Below are positions 10,097-20,579 of a DNA stretch of 64,000 nt, in pieces. Within the stretch, counting starts at the first letter, position 1; each line of letters starts with the position of its first letter. Under the pieces are notes generated by a model. The model searched no databases. It was not told the DNA's origin and saw only the letters and a list, made by a program, of their open reading frames with translations. The stretch is from NCBI GenBank assembly GCA_964506575.1, contig CAZDLY010000002.1, positions 64,440 through 128,439 on the forward strand, in the 5' to 3' direction. The stretch is from an uncultured Akkermansia sp. (GTDB lineage Bacteria > Verrucomicrobiota > Kiritimatiellia > RFP12 > JAAYNR01). A program made the position numbers and the translations under genes.

Positions 10097-11130
10097 GTAA
10101 AAAGAAAATCGCGCCCGCGCAAAAAAAACCGGCCGCATCCCCCGCTGCCAAAGGACGCCACGGCTTGGGCCGCGGTCTGGGCGCGCTCATCAGCGCCGTG
10201 CCCGCATCCGTTGACGCCGCACACGCGCCGACTGCGACCGCCGTTCCGGCGCCTGAGACTGCGTCAGCGACACCCCCCGCCGCTCCCCTGCCCCTGCCGC
10301 CGGGCCAGCAATCGGTGCAGTCCCTCCCCGTGGGCGAAATCGCGCGCTGCCCGTGGCAGCCCCGTTCCGTCTTCGATCAGGAGGCGCTGCGCGAGCTCGC
10401 CGACTCGATCAAGGCTCACGGCGTGATCCAGCCGCTCATCTGCCGCACATCGGCAGGCGGAGGCTTTGAGCTGATCGCCGGCGAACGCCGCCTGCGCGCG
10501 GCGATCGAAGCCGGACTTGGCCGTGTGCCGGTGATCGTCCTCGATGCCGCCGACCGTGACGCCGCCGAGATGGCCGTCATCGAAAACATCCAGCGCGAAG
10601 ACCTCAACGTCATCGAGGAGGCCGAGGGCTATCGCACCCTCGCGGAGACCTTCAACCTGACCCAGCAGGAGGTCGCCGATCGTGTCGGCAAGTCGCGCCC
10701 CGCCGTCGCCAACGCCCTGCGCCTCCTCGACCTGCCTGACGAGGTCAAACAACTGCTCTCGTCGAGCTTGCTTTCCACCGGCCATGCCAAAGTCCTGCTC
10801 GGCATCGCCGATCCCGTCGAGCAGACCCTCCTCGCGCACAAGTGCCTGACCGAGGGCATGACCGTCCGCAGCCTGGAACGCCTGGTGCTTCGACGCAAGA
10901 ACGCCCGGAACGCCGACGCCCTCGCGCGACTGCCCAAGCCCGACATGCCCGAGGCTCACCTCCGGGATCTCGCGGACCGCATGAACCGCCACTTCGGCAC
11001 CCATGTCCGCCTCACCGCCAGCCAGACCTACGCCAACGGCAAACGGGCCAAGGGCTGCATCGAAATCGACTTCTACGACAACGACGACCTCGACCGCCTC
11101 CTCTCGCTCCTCGGCATCACCGTGGACTGA
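10093..11130 (+). CDS. parB: ParB/Spo0J-type chromosome partitioning protein (no adjacent parA)
   Basis: GLGRGLGALI box, ParB N-domain IQPLICR…ELIAGERRLRAA (CTP-binding GERR box), an HTH region and a C-terminal dimerisation-like tail. The GTG start overlaps the argC stop (GTGA). Confidence 0.85.
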   Translation: MSKKKIAPAQKKPAASPAAKGRHGLGRGLGALISAVPASVDAAHAPTATAVPAPETASATPPAAPLPLPPGQQSVQSLPVGEIARCPWQPRSVFDQEALRELADSIKAHGVIQPLICRTSAGGGFELIAGERRLRAAIEAGLGRVPVIVLDAADRDAAEMAVIENIQREDLNVIEEAEGYRTLAETFNLTQQEVADRVGKSRPAVANALRLLDLPDEVKQLLSSSLLSTGHAKVLLGIADPVEQTLLAHKCLTEGMTVRSLERLVLRRKNARNADALARLPKPDMPEAHLRDLADRMNRHFGTHVRLTASQTYANGKRAKGCIEIDFYDNDDLDRLLSLLGITVD

Positions 11131-11162
11131 TGATGTGATGAGCGGCTGCAAGGAGAGACAGG

Positions 11163-11369
11163 ATGTCCGTAGACATGTCCTCCCAAGCGATCACCACTCG
11201 TCTGCGCTGCGTGAGCGATTTACGCCGCGTCTGCCGGGCGCTTTCCGTTCGCGTGCCGCCAACGGAAGTGCGGGAGGGGGAGACCGGTTACGCCGCCCGG
11301 CCGCACTCACGCACGGAAACCCGCCCACGCTGTGAAGCCGACGGTATCCCCTGTGCAGACGGAGACTGA
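11163..11369 (+). CDS. Hypothetical small protein (68 aa), uncertain
   Basis: The ATG is preceded by AAGGAG with a 7-nt spacer. There is no recognisable family, and third-position GC is only moderately elevated. Confidence 0.25.
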   Translation: MSVDMSSQAITTRLRCVSDLRRVCRALSVRVPPTEVREGETGYAARPHSRTETRPRCEADGIPCADGD

Positions 11370-11393
11370 ACGAGGTATCAGACCGGGTACCGG

Positions 11394-11978
11394 CTAAAAC
11401 TGAATGATCGAAATCTGCAGCAACCCGTTGCTGCAGACGCTTTTGGAAATGCGCTTTTTTTCGCCAACCGGGAGCCGCAGCCGCACGCGTGAAGTCTTCC
11501 CCGTACCCGCGCCGGAGCAGATGAAGAGAACATCCCCGGTGAGCGTCAAGTCCATCTCATCCAGATCCCAGCCGGGAAGCCGGCAGGTCACGCGGTAGCC
11601 TTCGTCGGTCTCTTCCACGTTGATCCCAGGTGCGGACGGCGCCATCAGCCACTCTCCCTGTACCACGCCTCCCTCGGACCACGCACGCATCCGATTATCC
11701 CGCTTCGCTGCCAAGCCTCCGTAGGAAACCCATTCGGATGCGGTTGGAATCGCCACCGCATGCTGGCGCGCCATCCGCACCTGTTCCTGAATCGGATACT
11801 GAATGGCGGCGTGCGAACCCTCCCCACCGCCACCTCGCCCTTTCGGCGCGCCGCGCCGATCCGATACCGCCCGGACGAACAGATACAGGCTCAGCAAAAC
11901 AGAGCCGGCCACCAACAGACGATCGGCCCAGTCCCACACATTCCGTTGATCCCACCGTCTCACGATCATCCCTTTCAC
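11394..11978 (-). CDS. Membrane-anchored Hsp20/alpha-crystallin domain protein
   Basis: The C-terminal ~90 aa match the alpha-crystallin pattern (INVEETDEGYRVTCRLPGWDLDEMDLTLTGDVLFI…LRLPVGEKKRISKSVCSNGLLQISI). The N-terminus has one hydrophobic helix (LLVAGSVLLSLYLFV). The ORF starts with GTG at 11978; an alternative ATG lies at 11969. Confidence 0.7.
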   Translation of the reverse strand: MKGMIVRRWDQRNVWDWADRLLVAGSVLLSLYLFVRAVSDRRGAPKGRGGGGEGSHAAIQYPIQEQVRMARQHAVAIPTASEWVSYGGLAAKRDNRMRAWSEGGVVQGEWLMAPSAPGINVEETDEGYRVTCRLPGWDLDEMDLTLTGDVLFICSGAGTGKTSRVRLRLPVGEKKRISKSVCSNGLLQISIIQF

Positions 11979-12007
11979 CGGTCACCGTCCGTCTGCGCAG
12001 CAAAAAT

Positions 12008-12023
12008 AGCAGAATATGTGCCA
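12008..12023 (-). promoter_or_regulatory. Sigma-54 (-24/-12) promoter match upstream of the Hsp20-like gene
   Basis: The minus strand reads TGGCAC-ATATT-CTGCT with GG-N10-GC spacing. The predicted TSS is about 20-30 nt upstream of the start codon. Confidence 0.6.
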
Positions 12024-12067
12024 CCCGGGGCACCCTTGATCCCGTTGGCGGCTGCGTATGCCAGTCA

Positions 12068-12102
12068 GACAAGATGTCCGACAGTGACACGACAAAATGT
12101 CG
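12068..12102. promoter_or_regulatory. Cluster of GACA/TGTC half-sites (candidate enhancer-binding-protein UAS)
   Basis: The sequence is GACAagaTGTCcGACAgtGACAcGACAaaaTGTCg. It includes the inverted repeats TGTC-c-GACA and CGACA-aaa-TGTCG. It lies roughly 70-110 nt upstream of both predicted sigma-54 start sites. Confidence 0.4.
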
Positions 12103-12155
12103 CATGCAATCACCCAAATATGCTACATTTGTTCCCCGTCAGCGGATTTCTGACA

Positions 12156-12171
12156 CGGCACACCCCTTGCT
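12156..12171 (+). promoter_or_regulatory. Sigma-54 (-24/-12) promoter match upstream of the histidine kinase/response regulator operon
   Basis: cGGCAC-ACCCC-TTGCT with GG-N10-GC spacing. The predicted TSS is near 12181, so the true kinase start may be the second Met at 12217. Confidence 0.55.
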
Positions 12172-12186
12172 GGATACGAGACACGC

Positions 12187-13542
12187 ATGGCCTTGACACG
12201 TCACATCGATAAGAGCATGCCTCGCCGCTCCTCGCTGGCGTGGCAGGCCTCCGCCATTCTGGCCTTTGCCGCCGTGGCGGCCGGTCTGGGGCTCTTTTGG
12301 CTTCATCGCTTTCAGGCGCACGTGGCCCATGTCGACGCGACCCGCTCGGTGCTTGCGCAGGGGGATCGGCTGATGGATCTGCTGGCCGACCCGGGCACTC
12401 TGGCGAACAGCACCAACATGACCGCCACTGAATGGCGCCTGTTTGGCGCGCATGTAGAGGGACTCCGCGCGGCGCAGGCCGAGTTGGAATTCGTCTCGAT
12501 CACGCATGGCGGCGAAACTGTCTTTCACCGGCAGATTCCCGATCGGTCACCGCATCCGCATGTGCCCGTGCCCTCCCGCACCTCCGTCTCGACCCTCAAC
12601 ATCCCCACCGGTCCGGACGCGACGACTCCGGTGATGGTCTTCACGCGAACCGTCATCCTTCCCGACCGGACCGAAGCGACTGTGGAGATCGGGTTTGACG
12701 CCGGGGTTGTCGACGCGGCCGAATCGAGCGCCTCGCGTTCAATCCGCACGCTCCTGCGCTTCTCAGCGGTCGCCGTCGCCGCCGCGTTTGGCTTTTGCCT
12801 GCTGCTGGTCATCGCCGTCGTCCGCCACGACCTGGCCCGGCAGGCGCGGGGCCGGCGCGAGGAGCACCTCGCCTTTTCGGGCGTCCTGGCCAATGGCATC
12901 GTCCACGATTTCCGCAATCCGATGTCCTCCGTGAAGCTCGACGCCCAGATGCTTGCCCGCGAGGCCGACCGCGATGGCGGGCCCCGCCCCGCGCGCCTGG
13001 CCGAGCTGGCCGGCCGCATCGGCCGCACCGTTGAACGGATGGATCAGGTGTTCAAGGAGTTCCTCTATCTGGCCAGACCCGATCACGAGGCGTTCGAGAC
13101 CGTCGCGCTGGCGGCGTGCATCCGCGAATGTGTCGAGACCCTCGCCCCGCGTCTCGAGGCGGCGGGCGTGGTGATTGAAGCCGCGCCCACGCCGCTGGGC
13201 GTCCGCGCCGCGCCATTTGCCCTGCGCCGCGCGCTCCTCAACGTGCTCACCAACGCCGTGCAGTTCTCGCCCCGCGGCGGCACGGTCGGGGTGGTCTGCG
13301 CGGCCCAGGGTTCGTCCGTCCGCATCGACATCGCCGACCGCGGCCCCGGCGTGCCGCCGCGCGACCGTGAGCGCATTTTTGAGATGTTTGTCTCGTCCCG
13401 CCCGGAAGGGACGGGTCTCGGCCTCTTCCTCGCCCGCACCGCCCTGCGCAAGTGCGGCGGCGACATCATCGCGCGGCCGCGGGAGGGCGGCGGCTCGATC
13501 TTCAGGATCACCCTCCCGGCCGGCACGGAGACCGCGTCATGA
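12187..13542 (+). CDS. Sensor histidine kinase (two TM helices, periplasmic sensor, HisKA + HATPase_c)
   Basis: H-box [13 protein letters not shown]-box [12 protein letters not shown] and G-boxes DRGPGV / GTGLGL. Two hydrophobic segments flank a ~150-aa presumed periplasmic domain. Confidence 0.85.
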   Translation: MALTRHIDKSMPRRSSLAWQASAILAFAAVAAGLGLFWLHRFQAHVAHVDATRSVLAQGDRLMDLLADPGTLANSTNMTATEWRLFGAHVEGLRAAQAELEFVSITHGGETVFHRQIPDRSPHPHVPVPSRTSVSTLNIPTGPDATTPVMVFTRTVILPDRTEATVEIGFDAGVVDAAESSASRSIRTLLRFSAVAVAAAFGFCLLLVIAVVRHDLARQARGRREEHLAFSGVLANGIVHDFRNPMSSVKLDAQMLAREADRDGGPRPARLAELAGRIGRTVERMDQVFKEFLYLARPDHEAFETVALAACIRECVETLAPRLEAAGVVIEAAPTPLGVRAAPFALRRALLNVLTNAVQFSPRGGTVGVVCAAQGSSVRIDIADRGPGVPPRDRERIFEMFVSSRPEGTGLGLFLARTALRKCGGDIIARPREGGGSIFRITLPAGTETAS

Positions 13543-14885
13543 AGCCTGTGATTCTGATTGTTGAAGATGACCCCGACGGCGCGCGCTCGATGATCGACGC
13601 CGCCGAGGACGCCGGGTTCGCGACCGTACTCGCCGGGACTGCCGCCAAGGGTCTCGAATGCTTCCGCGAGCAGACGCCCGACCTCGTGCTCACCGATCTC
13701 GTCCTGCCCGACTTCGACGGCATCGAGCTGCTGGCCCGGATCAAGCGGATCAACGCCGCGATCCCGGTGATGGTCATGACGGCGTACGGCTCGGTCGAGT
13801 CATCCGTCAAGGCGATGCGCGCCGGCGCCTATGACTACGTGATCAAGCCGCTCGACCTCGACGACATCCAGTCCAAGCTCCGACGGGCCGCCGAGACCAG
13901 CCGTTTGCGCCGCGAGGTCACCACGCTCGCCGCCTCGGCCCGCGCCCGGCACACCGCCGCGACGATGGTCGCCGAGTCGCCCGCCATGCGGGCGGTGATC
14001 AGCCAGATCGAGGCGCTGGCCGACACCACCGCGACGGTGCTGATCCAGGGCGAGTCCGGAACCGGCAAGGAACTGGTGGCCCGGGCGCTGCACGCCGACA
14101 GCCGGCGTGCCGACGCCCCCTTTGTCGCGGTCAACTGCGGCGCTTTTGCCGAGTCGCTCCTCGAATCGGAACTGTTCGGCCATGAGAAGGGCGCCTTCAC
14201 CGGCGCCGCCACCCGCCATGCGGGCGCCTTTGAACGGGCCGATGGGGGCACGCTCTTCCTCGATGAGATCGGCGACGCCCCGCCCTCTGTCCAGGTCAAG
14301 CTCCTCCGCGCCATCGAAGAGCGCGAAATCCACCGCGTCGGCGGACGCGAGCCCTTTGCCGTCAACGTCCGCCTCGTTTCCGCGTCCAACAAAGATCTGG
14401 CCGGGCGTGTCGCCGAGGGGGCGTTCCGCGAAGACCTGCTGTACCGGTTGAATGTCGTCACCATCTCCCTGCCGCCCCTTCGCCGCCGCCGGGAGGACAT
14501 CCGTCCGCTCGCCGACCGCTTCATCGCTCGCGCCGCCGCCGACCATGGCCATGCCATCACCGGGATCGATTCCGCCTTCTACACGCGGCTCGAAGCCTAC
14601 GACTGGCCCGGCAATATCCGCCAGCTCCGCAACGTCATCGAGTCGGCCGTCCTGCTCACCTCGGGCACCCACCTTCGCGCCGAGTCCCTCGCCCTTCCCG
14701 GCGATACCCTCCCCCGGGCCGCACCCGCCTTTCCGGAGAACCTCACACTCGCCGCCATCGAGCGCCTCGTCCTCGAACAAACCCTCGCCCGCTGCGACGG
14801 CAACCGCACCCTCACCGCGGAGAAACTCGGCATCTCCATCCGCACCATCCAGCGCAAGATCAAAGAACACAACCTTCCATTCTGA
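13539..14885 (+). CDS. Sigma-54-dependent response regulator (NtrC family: REC + AAA+ + Fis-type HTH)
   Basis: REC domain (ILIVEDDPD…[11 protein letters not shown]), Walker A GESGTGKE, the sigma-54 contact motif GAFTGA and a C-terminal HTH ([17 protein letters not shown]). The ATGA overlaps the kinase stop. Confidence 0.9.
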   Translation: MKPVILIVEDDPDGARSMIDAAEDAGFATVLAGTAAKGLECFREQTPDLVLTDLVLPDFDGIELLARIKRINAAIPVMVMTAYGSVESSVKAMRAGAYDYVIKPLDLDDIQSKLRRAAETSRLRREVTTLAASARARHTAATMVAESPAMRAVISQIEALADTTATVLIQGESGTGKELVARALHADSRRADAPFVAVNCGAFAESLLESELFGHEKGAFTGAATRHAGAFERADGGTLFLDEIGDAPPSVQVKLLRAIEEREIHRVGGREPFAVNVRLVSASNKDLAGRVAEGAFREDLLYRLNVVTISLPPLRRRREDIRPLADRFIARAAADHGHAITGIDSAFYTRLEAYDWPGNIRQLRNVIESAVLLTSGTHLRAESLALPGDTLPRAAPAFPENLTLAAIERLVLEQTLARCDGNRTLTAEKLGISIRTIQRKIKEHNLPF

Positions 14886-14894
14886 GTGATCCTG

Positions 14895-14910
14895 TGGCAT
14901 ACTTTCTGCT
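14895..14910 (+). promoter_or_regulatory. Sigma-54 (-24/-12) promoter match upstream of the ABC/Bat gene array
   Basis: TGGCAT-ACTTT-CTGCT with GG-N10-GC spacing, 45 nt upstream of the ABC ATPase ATG. A strong AAGGAG SD lies in the leader. Confidence 0.6.
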
Positions 14911-14954
14911 TTTTCAAATCCGTTGATTGATGTCCCCACGCAAGAAGGAGAATC

Positions 14955-15698
14955 ATGCTAACCGTCACGAACCTGAAGAAGAGCTTCGGCCCGTTTCAGG
15001 CAGTCAAGGGGGTGAGCTTCACCGTGAAAAAAGGTGAGGTGCTCGGCTTTCTTGGCCCCAACGGCGCCGGCAAGACCACCACGATGCGGATGATCACCGG
15101 CTTTCTGGCGCCCAGCGATGGCACAGCCGAGGTCTGCGGCTGCGATATCCGGCGGGATCCCGTCGGCGCCAAGCGGAGCATCGGCTATCTGCCCGAAAAC
15201 GCCCCGAGCTACCACGCGATGACCGTCGTGGACTTTCTCGACTTCGCCGCCCGCATCCGCGGCTACACCGGATCCGAACGGCGGGATCGCCTCGACCGGG
15301 CGATCGTTCAGGCGCGACTGGAGAGCGTCCGCGACCAGACGATCGAAACCCTCTCCAAGGGTTACCGCCAGCGCACCTGCTTCGCCCAGGCCATCCTGCA
15401 TGACCCGCCCGTGCTGATCATGGACGAACCGACCGATGGACTCGACCCGAACCAGAAATACGTGGTCCGGGAGATGATCCGCACCATGTCGGCCGAGAAG
15501 GCGATCATCATTTCGACGCACATCCTCGAAGAGGTGGACGCTGTCTGCACCCGCGCAGTGATCATCGCCAGCGGCGCGATCGTCGCCAACGGCACCCCGG
15601 CCGAGTTGAAGGCCCAGGACCCCTCCGGCCGCCTGGACGAGGTGTTCCGCAAACTGACCCTGACCGGAGAGGAGAAGACCCGCCATGTCCGTTCGTAA
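14955..15698 (+). CDS. ABC transporter ATP-binding protein (ABC-2 / GldA-like subfamily)
   Basis: Walker A GPNGAGKTT, signature LSKGYRQR and Walker B VLIMDEPTDGLD. Confidence 0.9.
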   Translation: MLTVTNLKKSFGPFQAVKGVSFTVKKGEVLGFLGPNGAGKTTTMRMITGFLAPSDGTAEVCGCDIRRDPVGAKRSIGYLPENAPSYHAMTVVDFLDFAARIRGYTGSERRDRLDRAIVQARLESVRDQTIETLSKGYRQRTCFAQAILHDPPVLIMDEPTDGLDPNQKYVVREMIRTMSAEKAIIISTHILEEVDAVCTRAVIIASGAIVANGTPAELKAQDPSGRLDEVFRKLTLTGEEKTRHVRS

Positions 15699-16422
15699 TA
15701 TCCAGACGCTTTTCCGGCGCGAGTTCCGGTCCTATTTTCATTCCCCGGTGGCCTGCGTGTTCCTGGTCGCCTTCCTGATCCTGGTGAATTTCCTGACCTT
15801 CCGCGTCTCGTCGTTCTACGAGGTTCGCCAGGCGTCGCTGGAGCGCTTCTTCATGTGGCACCCGTGGGTCTACCTGCTGCTCGTCCCCGCCTCGACGATG
15901 GGACTGTGGGCCGAGGAGCGCCGCACCGGAACGCTGGAGCTGCTGCTGACCTTTCCGGTTACGCTCACCGAGACGCTCATCGGCAAGTTTATGGCCGCCT
16001 GGGCGTTCATTGCGATCGGGTTGGCCTGCACCTTCCCGATCGTCCTCACGGTCGGCTGGCTCGGGTCGCCCGATTTCGGCGTGATCGCCAGCGGTTATGT
16101 CGGGTCACTGCTGCTCGCCGGGGCCAGTGTCGCCATCGGCGCCTTCGCCTCGTCGCTCACCCGCAGCCAGGTCATCAGCTTCGTTGCGGCGCTCAGCGCC
16201 TGCCTCCTGTTGACGCTCGCGGGATTCGAGCCGGTGACAGGGCTGTTTGCTTCGTGGGCGCCGTGGCTGGCCAACGCCATCGCCGCGTGCAGCCTCCTCT
16301 ATCACTTCAACGCCCTGTGCCGCGGCGTCCTCGACGTCGCCGACATCGCCTACTACCTGAGCGTGATCGTCTTCATGCTGGCCGCCGCGCACCTGGTCAT
16401 TGACAACCGCAAGGCGTCGTAA
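15685..16422 (+). CDS. ABC-2 type permease (GldF/NosY-like)
   Basis: 245 aa with about 6 hydrophobic helices. It overlaps the ATPase gene by 14 nt. Confidence 0.8.
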   Translation: MSVRNIQTLFRREFRSYFHSPVACVFLVAFLILVNFLTFRVSSFYEVRQASLERFFMWHPWVYLLLVPASTMGLWAEERRTGTLELLLTFPVTLTETLIGKFMAAWAFIAIGLACTFPIVLTVGWLGSPDFGVIASGYVGSLLLAGASVAIGAFASSLTRSQVISFVAALSACLLLTLAGFEPVTGLFASWAPWLANAIAACSLLYHFNALCRGVLDVADIAYYLSVIVFMLAAAHLVIDNRKAS

Positions 16423-16452
16423 CCCGTATCAACCCCTTTTTGGACAACTGCC

Positions 16453-18360
16453 ATGAATACCTTCAAACGAATCTCTTCCGGCGTCGCGGGTCTCGCACTG
16501 CTTCTGGTCAGTCTCGGCGGCGCGTGCGTGATCATCACCAACCTGCGCATCCGCGCCGACCTGACGGAGGAGCGGCTCTTCACCCTCTCCCGCGGTTCGC
16601 GCGACCTGGTCTCCAAGCTCGACCAGGACGTCACGCTGAAATTCTACTTCAGCACCTCCTCGTCTGAAGTTCCCAACATGATCAAGATCTATGCGCGTCA
16701 CGTGCAGGACTTTCTGCGTGAATACGAGTTGGCAGGAAAGGGCCGGGTCATCATCGAGACCTATGATCCCAAATCCGACTCCGACGAGGAGGAATGGGCG
16801 CAGAAATTCGGCGTGGCTCCTCAGACGCTCTCGCCCTTCGCGCCGCCGTTCTATTTCGGCCTGGTGGCCGTCTGCGGCGGGCGCGAGAATGCCATCCCGG
16901 CCTTCTCGCCCGCCACGGAGCGCACGCTGGAATTCGAGGTCTCACGCCTCATCGCCCGTGTCGCATGGCCCGAAAAACCGGTCATTGGCGTCATGAGCCC
17001 GTTCAGTGTCCTGGGCGGCGGCGACCCGATGCAACGGATGATGGGCCGCAACCGTCAGGCGGATCCGGCTTGGGCCGCCTTCGCCGAACTGCAACGCGAC
17101 TACACCCTTCGCGCAGTCACTCCCGATGCCGCCCGGATTGATGACGACATCACGACGCTGGTGCTGGTCCACCCGAAGAACCTGTCGAATCAGGCCCTCT
17201 TCGCCATCGACCAGTTTGTCCTCCGCGGCGGGCGCCTCCTGGCCTGTCTCGATCCCTTCAGCGTTCAGGACTTCAGGGCCTCCCAGGCACAGGGCCTGAT
17301 GATGAGCATGCAGGGACCTGCAGGCCCCGGCCCCTCCACGCTGGGCAAACTCCTGGATGCCTGGGGCGTCGGATTTGATCCTACCAAGGTTCTGGCCGAC
17401 ATGCGCGCCATCACCCGGCTCGATGGCGGAAACGGAAGCATTGATGAAAATCCCGTCGTGCTTTCCCTGTCCGCAAAGAACGCCGCCGCGTCCGAGGTCC
17501 TCACCGCCCAGCTCAAACAACTGATTTTTCCGTTTGCCGGCGTGTTCACGGAGAAGTCGGCCCCGGGGATCACCTATACGCCGCTGATCACGTCATCGGA
17601 CAACGCCTGCCTGGTCGACACGATGGCGGCCCAATATGGCACGGCCATGCTGCGCAACCAGCTTAAGCCCGACGGTCTGAAACACACACTGGCCGTCCGG
17701 TTGGCGGGTACATTCAAGACCGCCTTCCCCGCGGGCGCGCCGGCCGATGAGAACCCCGGCCCCGATGGCGCCAAAAAGCCTGCCGATCCGTCGCCGAAGC
17801 CCCCCCTGACTTCCGGTACGGGCGCCGTGGTGCTGATTGGCGATTCGGACTTCCTGGCCGACGGTTGGAGCGTGCGCACCTCCTCGTTCTTTGGATACCA
17901 GACCACCGAGGCGATTAATGACAACCTAGCCCTGCTGGCCAACGCGGTCGAGCAACTCGCCGGACGCAGCGAGCTGATCGCCATCCGCTCGCGCGGCAAT
18001 TCCACGCGCCCCTTCACGGTGGTTGACGAACTGGAATATCAGGCGCTCATGAAATGGAGCGAGACCGAGAAGGCTTTGCAGTTCAAGCTCGACGAGACGC
18101 GCGCCCGCCTCGCGGAGATGCAAAAGCAGAAGCAGGGCAAGCAACGCGCGATCCTCACGGCCGAGCAGGAAAAGGCCATTGCCACGTTTCAAGCGGAGGA
18201 ACGCAGCACCAACCGCCAGCTCAAGGACCTGCGCCGGTCGCTCAACGCCGACATCGAAAACCTGGGGGTTCGGGTGAAATCGATCAACATCGCGCTCATG
18301 CCCGCGCTGATTGTGGTGGCATCCTTCACACGGTTATGGATCCGCCGCCGTCGCGGCTAG
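16453..18360 (+). CDS. GldG-like ABC transporter auxiliary protein
   Basis: 635 aa with N- and C-terminal TM anchors and a large periplasmic domain. The position after the GldA/F-like pair is typical, and there is a coiled-coil segment before the last TM. Confidence 0.75.
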   Translation: MNTFKRISSGVAGLALLLVSLGGACVIITNLRIRADLTEERLFTLSRGSRDLVSKLDQDVTLKFYFSTSSSEVPNMIKIYARHVQDFLREYELAGKGRVIIETYDPKSDSDEEEWAQKFGVAPQTLSPFAPPFYFGLVAVCGGRENAIPAFSPATERTLEFEVSRLIARVAWPEKPVIGVMSPFSVLGGGDPMQRMMGRNRQADPAWAAFAELQRDYTLRAVTPDAARIDDDITTLVLVHPKNLSNQALFAIDQFVLRGGRLLACLDPFSVQDFRASQAQGLMMSMQGPAGPGPSTLGKLLDAWGVGFDPTKVLADMRAITRLDGGNGSIDENPVVLSLSAKNAAASEVLTAQLKQLIFPFAGVFTEKSAPGITYTPLITSSDNACLVDTMAAQYGTAMLRNQLKPDGLKHTLAVRLAGTFKTAFPAGAPADENPGPDGAKKPADPSPKPPLTSGTGAVVLIGDSDFLADGWSVRTSSFFGYQTTEAINDNLALLANAVEQLAGRSELIAIRSRGNSTRPFTVVDELEYQALMKWSETEKALQFKLDETRARLAEMQKQKQGKQRAILTAEQEKAIATFQAEERSTNRQLKDLRRSLNADIENLGVRVKSINIALMPALIVVASFTRLWIRRRRG

Positions 18361-18397
18361 ACAGTCAATCTGGAAAGTCAGGAGACACACACCAGCC

Positions 18398-19483
18398 ATG
18401 AAAAAAGCAAAACTGTTCGGACTTGTCCTCGCTGCCGTCGTCCTCGGGCTTCTGGCCTCGTGGACGGGGCGATCCCGTCAACCGCAAAAACCGGGGCAAC
18501 TCGGAAAACCCGTCCTGCCCGGCCTGTCAATCAACGCCATCGGGCGCATCGAGATCGCGCAGCAGAGCAAGACCGTCACACTGGCCAATACCGATGAGGG
18601 ATGGGTGGTGCCGTCGCTCTACAATTACCCGGCCGACGTCGCCAGGATTCGCGAGAACCTGCTCGCGCTTCGCGATCTCAAGATCGGAGCCGTGCAGCGG
18701 GGCGCCAGGATCGACAGCACCAATGCCACGCTCGTCGATCTCCAGGATGAACGCGGCAAACCGCTTGCCTCCATCCGTCTGGGCGATGTCCGCACCAGGC
18801 CCAACTCGCAATATGGATGGGACATTCCCGATGGCCGCTCGGTTGCGGCCAACGCCAACGACACGGTCTATCTCGTCAAGGAGTCGTTGAGCGCCTTTGA
18901 GCCCGATGCCAAGTCGTGGGTCAACACCGAGGTGTTGAACGTGCAGGCGTCGGACGTCGCCCGGGTCGTGCTATCGGGTCCGGACGGCGCGGCGACCCTG
19001 GATCGTTCGTCGGGTGCGCTTACGCTCACCGGGCTTGCCGAAGGCGAATCCTGCGACGCCTCAAAAGTGTCCGGCGTCGCGTCCGCCCTGGGCTATCTCC
19101 GGTTTTCCGATCTCGCCGACCCCGCGCTCACCGATGCGCAGACCGGCGTGGCCACGGGCCACACCTTCACCGTGACCACCACCGACGGGACGATCTATGC
19201 CGCCCGCATCGGCGCCGCCGCGCCGGACCGCAGCGACCGTTATCTCCGGATCGCCGTCAGCGCGCAGCCGGTCTCCACCAACGCCGCCGAGCGGGCGTCG
19301 GTGACGCAGCAGGCGGCCGAGCTCAACCGATCGGTCAGCCCCTGGCTCTTTCTGATCTCTTCCTGGAACGCCGACAACATGACCCGTTCCCGCGCCTATT
19401 TCATCCAGGCTCCCACGCCGCCCCCCGCATCACCGGAGCCTCCGCCCGAACGCGCTCCCGAGGTGCCCGCCGCCGGATCCTGA
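18398..19483 (+). CDS. DUF4340-like secreted/anchored protein
   Basis: MKKAKLFGLVLAAVVLGLLASW signal/anchor with GGAG upstream. The position downstream of gldG is typical of DUF4340. The C-terminal tail is Pro-rich. Confidence 0.55.
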   Translation: MKKAKLFGLVLAAVVLGLLASWTGRSRQPQKPGQLGKPVLPGLSINAIGRIEIAQQSKTVTLANTDEGWVVPSLYNYPADVARIRENLLALRDLKIGAVQRGARIDSTNATLVDLQDERGKPLASIRLGDVRTRPNSQYGWDIPDGRSVAANANDTVYLVKESLSAFEPDAKSWVNTEVLNVQASDVARVVLSGPDGAATLDRSSGALTLTGLAEGESCDASKVSGVASALGYLRFSDLADPALTDAQTGVATGHTFTVTTTDGTIYAARIGAAAPDRSDRYLRIAVSAQPVSTNAAERASVTQQAAELNRSVSPWLFLISSWNADNMTRSRAYFIQAPTPPPASPEPPPERAPEVPAAGS

Positions 19484-19545
19484 TGTGCGGACGGGCCTCG
19501 TGCCCGCCCCCGATTACCGCCACCCTCCAACCCCAAAGGCCCGCC

Positions 19546-20529
<984 letters not shown>

Positions 20530-20579
20530 TCCCCAGCATCCAGTTTCAGGTTTCCAGTTCCCGGTTTCCAATCTTTTCC

